This document shows positions 57,250 to 64,000 of a DNA stretch of 64,000 nucleotides, piece after piece (position 1 is the stretch's first letter; each line of letters starts with the position of its first letter). The notes under the pieces were generated by a model. The model was not told the origin of the DNA. It ran no database searches and worked only from the letters and a program-made list of their open reading frames with translations. A program made the translations under genes and the position numbers. Source of the DNA: Chthoniobacteraceae bacterium. Lineage in GTDB: Bacteria; Verrucomicrobiota; Verrucomicrobiia; Chthoniobacterales; Chthoniobacteraceae. The stretch is taken from contig JBBCKI010000024.1 of assembly GCA_037190965.1 (NCBI GenBank), positions 21,005 through 85,004 of the forward strand, in the 5' to 3' direction.

Positions 57250-58029
57250 TTACCAGTAAGAAGTGGAGCGGTCGGCATTGTCGCGGGACCAGAGAAGCGT
57301 CGGGCTGGTTCCCGAGCCGCGCCGTTCCACCTCGGCGGCGGTGAGCGCTTCGACGTGTCCATCCCCGAGGAGAAAATGGGCGCGGCCCCTGTGGGCATCG
57401 AAGTTGACGGATCGTTGCCAGTTGAATGTCTCGCCGACAAAGGTGGTCGCGTAGCAGACCGTCTTCGGCGGGCCGACCGACGGGCTTTGAGCGCTGTCGA
57501 CGCGGAATCCGGCATCGACGAGCATGACGACCTTTCCCGGCGACTCCAGCGCCGCAAGCCGCGCCCGGGTGGAGATGGACCCGCTGGTGAAGCCGAGCGC
57601 CCGGGAATAGGCGTAGTTCGGCGTGTTCCATAAGCCGGTCCGATACGGGTTGGAGGGGCAGTTGTACGGTGTCAGGAGCGAGGAACTGTTCGGGGCGAAG
57701 TTGGCATTCGGGAGAACGCCGCCGTTGTCGTAAACCCCGACATCGCGGTGCTGGAGGTATTGATACCAGAGGCGTTCACCCAGCGCCGTTCCGGGAAGGC
57801 CGGGACTGGCGTACGACGGCGGCAGGTATCCGTTGTTCTCTGCCGCGTACATCACCAACGCGGTGCCGAGTTGGCGCAGGTTGGAAACGCACCGGGCGGC
57901 GTCGGCGGAGCGCTTTTGCGACGTGAGCACCGGGAGCAGGATCGAGAGCAGAATCGCCATGATGGCGGAGGCGACAAGCAACTCCGTCAGTGTCACGCCG
58001 CGGCGGCGGGAGTGTTTTCTGAAAATCAT
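57250..58029 (-). CDS. Prepilin-type cleavage/methylation protein with H-X9-DG domain
   Basis: GVTLTELLVASAIMAILLSILLP, CVSNLRQLG, CPS, HRGRAHFLLGDGHV. Confidence 0.93.
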   Translation of the reverse strand: MIFRKHSRRRGVTLTELLVASAIMAILLSILLPVLTSQKRSADAARCVSNLRQLGTALVMYAAENNGYLPPSYASPGLPGTALGERLWYQYLQHRDVGVYDNGGVLPNANFAPNSSSLLTPYNCPSNPYRTGLWNTPNYAYSRALGFTSGSISTRARLAALESPGKVVMLVDAGFRVDSAQSPSVGPPKTVCYATTFVGETFNWQRSVNFDAHRGRAHFLLGDGHVEALTAAEVERRGSGTSPTLLWSRDNADRSTSYW

Positions 58030-58042
58030 GGCGTTACCAAAA

Positions 58043-59329
58043 TCAGGCGCGTCGCTTCCGCCGCCGCAGCGCTACATAGAAGCCCGCGCCGCCCAGGAGC
58101 AGCATCGCCGCGCTTGTCGGCTCGGGAATGTTCGACACGACGGTCCAGCCTCCCGCCGCGTTGAAGCCGGAGAGATTCCAGATGGAGGTGTCGATTTGGC
58201 TCAGGTCGAAAGTGCCGGTGATGCCCGCCGTGGTGTTACCGGTGAAGAGGCTCCACGAATCACCGAGTTTCAGGTTGTAGCCGTTGAGCGAGAGCTTCAG
58301 CACTGCGCCCGTGCCGACGTTCCGCAGCGAGCCGGTGCTTCCGATCGTGATCTGGTCCGCATTCGCCGAGCCGGAACCGAAAACGTTGAACTCCAGGATG
58401 CTCCCCGCGTCGAGCTGAACCGTCGAGTTGAGCGTCAGCGAACCGGCCGCGCTTCGCCCGCCGGTGTCGGGATCGGAGAGGCCGACCGCGAGCGTTCCGC
58501 CGTTGAAGATCCGGGTGAATACCTTCGCGCCGATCCCGCTTCCCTCCGCCTCAAACCGGCCGCCGGACCGGGCATAGACGTTCATCGTTCCGGAAGTGGC
58601 GTAGGCCGAGGGGGCGAGCGACCCTTGCGCGGAAAGCTGAAAGAGACCGGTGTTGTCGATCGTACTGCCGGTGACGCTCCCGTTCCGGATGATCATTCGG
58701 TTGGCGTAGACGCCGCCGGTGGAGCCCGCGCGGATGAAATATTGGCCGCCGAGGTTGCTGGTGGCGTCGAGCTTCGCCCCGTTGGTGACGATGAGCGCAC
58801 TGTTTACGTCAAAGTGGGAGTAGTTCGTCGTGAAGTAGACGGTCAGGTTCGAACCCGAAAGGGTGACCGTATTTCGCTGGCCGGTATTGGCATCCATGTA
58901 GATCCGCCCGATGCTGGCCGTCGCCGAACCGCTCGCGGGTCCTTCCACCAGCAGGCTCGACGCGGTGTTCGCGCCGCCGCCGACAACGAGGATGTTGGCG
59001 ACCGTGAGCGAGGCGGTGTCCGCCATTTGGAGCGTGACGCTTTTCCCATAGCGGACTCGGAGGGTGCCGCTCTGGGCCACAGTGCCCGTGCCGATACCGA
59101 CCGTCGCGGAGGGAGCCGTATAGACGCCGATGCGGTCGAAATCGACTGCGTCCGTGCTGGTCGGCAAGGAGCCGCCGCTCCAGTTCGTCGTGGAATTCCA
59201 CGTGGCGTCGCCGCCCGTGCCGGAGCCTTTCCAGGTAGTGACCGCCGCCCGCGCCGGGGCGCCGAAAATCAATAACAAGGCGGCGCCGGAGAGGGCGGTG
59301 TGGCGGAAGAGGGAGAAACGCGGATTCAT
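58043..59329 (-). CDS. PEP-CTERM protein with autotransporter-like beta-solenoid body
   Basis: Signal peptide; WNSTTNWSGG; Gly/Thr/Ser-rich; IPEPTSAAMLLLGGAGFYVALRRRKRR. Confidence 0.93.
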   Translation of the reverse strand: MNPRFSLFRHTALSGAALLLIFGAPARAAVTTWKGSGTGGDATWNSTTNWSGGSLPTSTDAVDFDRIGVYTAPSATVGIGTGTVAQSGTLRVRYGKSVTLQMADTASLTVANILVVGGGANTASSLLVEGPASGSATASIGRIYMDANTGQRNTVTLSGSNLTVYFTTNYSHFDVNSALIVTNGAKLDATSNLGGQYFIRAGSTGGVYANRMIIRNGSVTGSTIDNTGLFQLSAQGSLAPSAYATSGTMNVYARSGGRFEAEGSGIGAKVFTRIFNGGTLAVGLSDPDTGGRSAAGSLTLNSTVQLDAGSILEFNVFGSGSANADQITIGSTGSLRNVGTGAVLKLSLNGYNLKLGDSWSLFTGNTTAGITGTFDLSQIDTSIWNLSGFNAAGGWTVVSNIPEPTSAAMLLLGGAGFYVALRRRKRRA

Positions 59330-59375
59330 AGGGATGTTTGGGGATGAGGTTTCGGGAACACGCAGGGCTGGAAAA

Positions 59376-60059
59376 TCATTCTGCGGGAGGTGAGCCGGTG
59401 AGCGTTTCACGGTTCGTCCAGCGGAGGAATTGCAGGCTCCATTGGCGGGGAGCCCCGGAGCCGCCGGGGCGATACGAATAGGTTCCGAAAAGAAGGGCGT
59501 TCCCCCGTTCATCGGGCGCGCCCCGGACTTTCCGGAGGATCACGCCGCCGTTCGTGGAACTGAGTTGTAGAAGCCCGTTTTCCAGTGTGACACGGTATGT
59601 GTTCCAGTCGCCGGTCTCCGCCGGAGTCGAGTTGATCCGGTGTGGCCGGAAATCGAGTATCCACTGTTGGCGTCCATCCCGCAGGATCAGCGTGAAGACG
59701 ACGGCCTCGTCCTCCTCGGAAGCGCATTTGAGCCGGAAGTCGAGGGTTGCCACGCCCGCCGAAGCGTCCCAGGCCGAGCCGTCGCCCCACGGCTTTCCAT
59801 CGGAATAGACGCCGATGCCGTAAAAGTGCCGCTTGTCCGCGGCGGTTTCGACTGTCAACCCGTCCTCGCCGGTCGAGACGATCCCGCCCTTCTGAAGCAC
59901 CGCCCAGGCGGGAACTGCGTTTTCAGGAAGATCGGGTGGGAGGTATTGATGATCGAACGCCGCCGCATCCGAAATGGCAGCCGTGCCCGAAATCGCGGCC
60001 ACCAATCCAAGGCACAGCCCCCGGCGGAGGAGGTTAATCATCTTTTCAAAAGCGGGCAT
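59376..60059 (-). CDS. Secreted hypothetical protein (beta-sandwich/lectin-like)
   Basis: Signal peptide; WNTYRVT strand pattern; first gene of the minus-strand cluster. Confidence 0.65.
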   Translation of the reverse strand: MPAFEKMINLLRRGLCLGLVAAISGTAAISDAAAFDHQYLPPDLPENAVPAWAVLQKGGIVSTGEDGLTVETAADKRHFYGIGVYSDGKPWGDGSAWDASAGVATLDFRLKCASEEDEAVVFTLILRDGRQQWILDFRPHRINSTPAETGDWNTYRVTLENGLLQLSSTNGGVILRKVRGAPDERGNALLFGTYSYRPGGSGAPRQWSLQFLRWTNRETLTGSPPAE

Positions 60060-60143
60060 CGGGGAAGTGGGTAGTGTGTCGAAAGAGGCGTAGAGCCCGT
60101 TCTGACAAGGGGTGAAAAAAGAGAAGCGTTTCGAAATTCTTTA

Positions 60144-60257
60144 AGTAACTCGTGTTACTCAAGAAAAATTTTTGGATTTCTCGACCGTTTCTTTCCGTTT
60201 TTCTGTTGGGAAGGAATAAAAAAGGCTCGAATTATTCCTTTAATAACACGAGTTACT
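60144..60257. promoter_or_regulatory. Paired LacI-type operators
   Basis: AGTAACTCGTGTTACT (60144-60159) and inverted AATAACACGAGTTACT (60242-60257), 15/16 identical, in an AT-rich promoter. Confidence 0.7.
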
Positions 60258-60301
60258 GAATTTCCTTCGATCTCCAACCGAGGGAGGAAGTAGCCGAGGC
60301 G

Positions 60302-60397
60302 CCAAAGCGGTGTCTCCGCCACCGCACTCCAAGACGCTCCGCGTCTGCATGGTCCTCAACGAAACGCGAAGCGAGTGCGGCGGTTCTCCGCCGCTTT
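60302..60397. repeat. REP-like doublet (two inverted palindromic units)
   Basis: AAAGCGGTG-tctccgc-CACCGCACTCC...GAGTGCGGCGG-ttct-CCGCCGCTTT; intergenic; resembles REP-type repeats of PVC genomes. Confidence 0.6.
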
Positions 60398-60532
60398 CGA
60401 GCGCAGGAAGATCTTCCGTATTTATAGAAAGACCCCATTCGGATACGGTATGCGATTTTCAAACCGCCGAGGTGATGCTAACTGGCGATCGAAGCTCTCC
60501 CGCTCCTAAACAAAGCTTCTAGCTGTCCCTCA

Positions 60533-60841
60533 TTATCCCTTCTGCTGCCCAAAACACTGCGGCCCCAATAGGGCTTCGATATGTCCCAGCGCCCACACGC
60601 GATGCTGCTCCTCGGAGTGCCCATTATTGTCGGTCGATCCAAAAGCCGCGTTCACCGAGGATCTCAACTCCCCGATCTTCGTGGTTGTAGTTCCGGCCAG
60701 CCCCTTTTTGCGGGCAATCTTCTCCACCGAATCCAAGATCTCCTGGGCTTCCTTAAATAGCCGCGCTCTCGGCACCGTCTTATCGCGCACCTCAAGAATG
60801 ATTTCTTCGAGTCTCTCTAGCATCGCAAGCTGTACGTCCAT
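60533..60841 (-). CDS. Hypothetical protein
   Basis: 102-aa helical ORF with upstream AAAGGGG RBS-like sequence. Confidence 0.55.
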   Translation of the reverse strand: MDVQLAMLERLEEIILEVRDKTVPRARLFKEAQEILDSVEKIARKKGLAGTTTTKIGELRSSVNAAFGSTDNNGHSEEQHRVWALGHIEALLGPQCFGQQKG

Positions 60842-60937
60842 AACGTCCCCTTTAGCAGTTAACGTAAATCCAAGCCATCATTTCTTCCCAATCAGTGCCA
60901 ACGTGCATATCGTATCCTCATTCTTCGCCGCATGCCG

Positions 60938-61837
60938 ATGAGTCTTTATTTCGAGCAGATCCGCCTGCCGGAGAGCGATTCTTTCCGGATGCTCCGATGG
61001 TGCCAGCACCCCGGAGAGATCGAAATGCTCCTGGCCAATGGTGAAGCATTTCCCGCAACCGGCGCAGGTGAACGCTGGCATTACCATCCCGAGGCTGAGC
61101 TGACACTGGTCGAAGAAGGCGAGGGGCTGCGGATCGTTGGCGACCACATGGAGCGATTCAAGGGACCGGACGTCGTTTTTCTCGGCCCCAATCTTCCTCA
61201 CTACTGGAAGGGTCTGCATGCCTCCACCGGGATTTCCATTCAGTTCTCCCTGAGTTCCCCCGCATTCCGTTCGCTTCCGGAGGCGCATGTGCTCGACCGA
61301 TGGTTCTGCACCGGACGTCACGGTCTGCGATTCTCCGGCGAAACCTGTTCACTGATCCGGCAACAGCTCAAGCAAATGGCCGAGAGCCGTCCCGTACGTC
61401 GTCTGGCTCTTTTTTGGGAGGTGCTTGCCACCCTGGAGGAAGCCCCTGGAGACGAATGCCATGGCCTCTCCACGCAAGATTTCCCCACCATAGGGGACTC
61501 TCCCTACCAACCTCAGATGCAGGCCGCCATCCGTTGGATTTTCGATCACGCGCTCCACGGAAAAGTGAACATGCCCGAACTCCTCAAGACCATCGGCATG
61601 AGCAAAGCCACCTTTTCCCGTCAGTTTCCCAAGCACACCGGACGCACCTTCACGGCTTTGATCACGGGAATCCGGCTGGAACAGGCTCGTCGCCACCTGG
61701 CAGACAGCGAAGTCGCCATTGCCGAAGCTGCCTTTGCCTCCGGGTTTGAGAACCTCTCCGGCTTCAATCGGATCTTTAAACGCTACACCGGAGAATCGCC
61801 CTCCGAGTATCGAAAAAGAATGCGAAAGGTTCAATAA
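60938..61837 (+). CDS. AraC-family transcriptional regulator
   Basis: WHYHPEAEL, GPNLPHYW cupin; AFASGFENLSGFNRIFKRYTGESPSEYRK. Confidence 0.94.
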   Translation: MSLYFEQIRLPESDSFRMLRWCQHPGEIEMLLANGEAFPATGAGERWHYHPEAELTLVEEGEGLRIVGDHMERFKGPDVVFLGPNLPHYWKGLHASTGISIQFSLSSPAFRSLPEAHVLDRWFCTGRHGLRFSGETCSLIRQQLKQMAESRPVRRLALFWEVLATLEEAPGDECHGLSTQDFPTIGDSPYQPQMQAAIRWIFDHALHGKVNMPELLKTIGMSKATFSRQFPKHTGRTFTALITGIRLEQARRHLADSEVAIAEAAFASGFENLSGFNRIFKRYTGESPSEYRKRMRKVQ

Positions 61838-61925
61838 AGCGTGTCAGATTGAGACAATAGTATCAGCGATTGAGCTGCGCAGGGTAGAGTCATGCCTCGG
61901 GTTCCCGATAACGTCTCGCCCTGTG

Positions 61926-62972
61926 ATGACCACGACTCCCACCTCTTATCGGTTTTCCTTTGGCCCCTGGAACATCAGTGAAGGCGCCGATCCGTTCGGG
62001 CCGGACGCACGCGAGCGGTTCCCTCACGAGGAGAAATTTGCATTGTACAAGTCACTCGGCTTCGACGGGGTTCAGTTACATGATGACGATGCCGTACCCG
62101 GGCTGGATGAACTCACTTGCGGCCAAGTGGCCGAACGGTGTTCACAACTCCGGCGGATGTTCGATAACCATGGCCTCGTGCCTGAATTTGTCGCCCCGCG
62201 CCTCTGGTTCTCGCCGGCCACCGTCGACGGCGGCTTTACCTCAAATAGCGCCGTTGATCGCCAGACTGCCATTGAGCGCACCTTGCGTTGCGTGGATATT
62301 GCCAACAGCCTCGGGAGCAAGGCCGTCGTGCTCTGGCTGGCTCGCGAAGGTTCCTATATCAGGGAGTCGAAGAATGCACGGATCGCCTACGAGCGCATTC
62401 TTGCTGCCATTGATCGTGTTCTGGAATATGACAAGGAGATCGAAATTTGGATTGAACCGAAACCGAACGAACCGACCGATCAGGCCTACGTTCCCACGGT
62501 AGGGCATGCGGTCGCGCTTTCATACGCTTCCATCGATTCCTCCCGTGTAAAAAGCGTGATTGAAACTGCGCACGCGCTGCTCGCGGGGCTGGACCCCTCG
62601 GATGAAATGGCTTTCGCGCTCGCCCATGGCAAGCTTGGCAGCGTTCATCTCAATGACCAGAACGGGCTGAAATACGATCAGGACAAAAGCTTTGCCTCTG
62701 TGAATCTTCGAGCCGCATTCAACCAGGTGCGCGTTCTTGAGGAAGCCGGTTACGGGAAAAACGGAGAGTTCATCGGGCTCGACATCAAGGCAATGCGTAC
62801 GCAGACCGGTTGCCCAGTAACCGCGCATCTCAGCAACAGCCGCGCCCTCTTCCTGCACCTGCTGGAAAAAGTGAGAAGCTGGAACAATGCCACCGAGCAG
62901 GCGTTCATTGAAAGCCGCGACTACGAAGGTTTGGAGCTCTACACCCTCAGGCATCTGATGGGCGTTAGCTAA
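61926..62972 (+). CDS. xylA: Xylose isomerase (short class I type)
   Basis: FSFGPW, DPFG, HDDD, WLAREG, EPKPNEP, ETAH, HLNDQ, DQD metal ligands. Confidence 0.85.
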   Translation: MTTTPTSYRFSFGPWNISEGADPFGPDARERFPHEEKFALYKSLGFDGVQLHDDDAVPGLDELTCGQVAERCSQLRRMFDNHGLVPEFVAPRLWFSPATVDGGFTSNSAVDRQTAIERTLRCVDIANSLGSKAVVLWLAREGSYIRESKNARIAYERILAAIDRVLEYDKEIEIWIEPKPNEPTDQAYVPTVGHAVALSYASIDSSRVKSVIETAHALLAGLDPSDEMAFALAHGKLGSVHLNDQNGLKYDQDKSFASVNLRAAFNQVRVLEEAGYGKNGEFIGLDIKAMRTQTGCPVTAHLSNSRALFLHLLEKVRSWNNATEQAFIESRDYEGLELYTLRHLMGVS

Positions 62973-63076
62973 TCTCCCGGGCAGCAGAATAGAAAGCGCA
63001 TGCGACGCATCGCAGGATAGCTGGGCACAGCGATCCCGCCCGGCGCATGCGCTGTTTTAGGCAATTCGAGGAAAAT

Positions 63077-63102
63077 GAAAATGCCGAGGCTTCGGCGTTT
63101 TC
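63077..63102. terminator. Probable bidirectional terminator between convergent xylA and PEP-CTERM genes
   Basis: GAAAATGCCGA-GGCT-TCGGCGTTTTC hairpin with A/T flanks. Confidence 0.6.
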
Positions 63103-63138
63103 TAAAGGCAACTGCTCGGTTGCGCTCTGAGCGATGTT

Positions 63139-63777
63139 TTACTTCGAGCGGCGACGGAGCCCGCTGCAGCCGACGAGAAGACCGAGGCCCATGGCTATGC
63201 TCGCCCAGGTGGCAGGTTCGGGAATGGCGTTGATCGCGACTGCGTCAAGGACGACATTTTGGCCTGCACTGGTTTGGAAATCGAAGCCAAAAATCGTATT
63301 CGCTGGAAGGTTGATATCCCAACTCCAAGTCCGGATAAACATGTTCTGGCCGCCGATCACCTCTTCAGTTTCAACCACCCCGGACGCGCCGGGCGAAATA
63401 AATGCGGTATTTACGATCAGAACCGGCCAGAAATAGTTCTGATCCCCAGTGCCCATCTTGATTTGGAGAGTCAGTTTTGTGACCGCGAAATCAGCCCGCC
63501 CGGAAATATACCAGGACGCCTTGCCCGTTCCGTGATCAAAGAAATCATCGTGGCCGCCAAAATCAACACCCTCAGGTGTGCTCTGGAGAAAGAGGCCGAG
63601 GCTAAGACCAGAAGCGGATGCGTCTGGAGCAACATTTATGTAGGTGGTTCCAGAGCCAAAGGTATCCCAAATCGCATAAGTCCCTTGAGTGGACAGGTTT
63701 TGGGTTGTTGCTTCGGATACTCCTGAAAATGAGAGAAGTCCCGAAGTCGCGAGAATGCAAAGTTTACGGAGCCTCAT
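63139..63777 (-). CDS. PEP-CTERM sorting-domain protein
   Basis: Signal peptide MRLRKLCILATSGLLSFSGVSEA; IPEPATWASIAMGLGLLVGCSGLRRRSK. Confidence 0.92.
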   Translation of the reverse strand: MRLRKLCILATSGLLSFSGVSEATTQNLSTQGTYAIWDTFGSGTTYINVAPDASASGLSLGLFLQSTPEGVDFGGHDDFFDHGTGKASWYISGRADFAVTKLTLQIKMGTGDQNYFWPVLIVNTAFISPGASGVVETEEVIGGQNMFIRTWSWDINLPANTIFGFDFQTSAGQNVVLDAVAINAIPEPATWASIAMGLGLLVGCSGLRRRSK

Positions 63778-64000
63778 AGTGGAGGTGATTAAAATGGCTT
63801 CCGAAGCTTTTGGCAATTCCCGGTTGCGATGAATTTGCTCGTCATTTTTGGAGTCTTTCCCTCGTTCCCAAACTCTGAGACTGTGTGAAAACACCCCCGG
63901 CGAGCACTGAAAGCACCGAGGGCATCGAAGGTCAATGAGGGTTCAAACAGTGGAACTTCACGCCGTTTCGGTCCACGGTGTAGAAAAATGCGATCAAGGG

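Noticed and set aside
62995..63052. AGCGCATGCG...CGCATGCGCT inverted repeat as an ncRNA or MITE
   Set aside because: Single short copy between convergent genes; better explained as a terminator- or REP-like hairpin
1463..63726. Many long antisense or overlapping ORFs in the track (e.g. 1534-2634, 29259-30344, 36303-37604, 46753-48108, 51861-53231, 57833-59275)
   Set aside because: They are shadow ORFs of high-GC genes lying opposite well-supported CDSs and show no family motifs
1..64000. CRISPR array, cas genes, reverse transcriptase or rRNA
   Set aside because: No regularly spaced repeats, Cas or RT motifs, or rRNA-like sequence seen

Overview
High-GC bacterial chromosome segment. Three PEP-CTERM proteins, prepilin-type/H-X9-DG proteins and many LacI/GntR/AraC-controlled catabolic clusters point to Verrucomicrobiota or another PVC lineage (inference). 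A housekeeping core (pabB, tatA, xseA, glgB, tRNA-Leu, a CAT-anticodon tRNA, tRNA-Ser) is flanked by accessory catabolic loci. The main find is a ~8.6 kb integrative element (about 15053-23583) in tRNA-Leu(TAG), bounded by a 21-bp att core. It replaced the tRNA 3' half with a covarying variant. It encodes a tyrosine integrase, a serine resolvase with a res-like site, a nucleoside 2-deoxyribosyltransferase-like (possibly defence) protein, an XRE regulator with triple operator boxes, and a PEP-CTERM/zincin-like operon ending in a triply frameshifted archaemetzincin. It also carries a ~650-nt ORF-free, densely base-paired region that looks like a large structured ncRNA on the minus strand. This region sits back-to-back with a GIY-YIG/NUMOD3 endonuclease gene, and both are preceded by the same mirrored TGTGTAAA motif. 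Other notable items are a decayed hsdM tail plus an Mrr-like nuclease, an amidohydrolase-aminotransferase fusion whose unfused counterpart is in the same window, a CoA-dependent sugar-acid cluster with a signal-less solute-binding protein, and several pseudogenes. All calls come from reading the sequence and recognising motifs; no searches were run.
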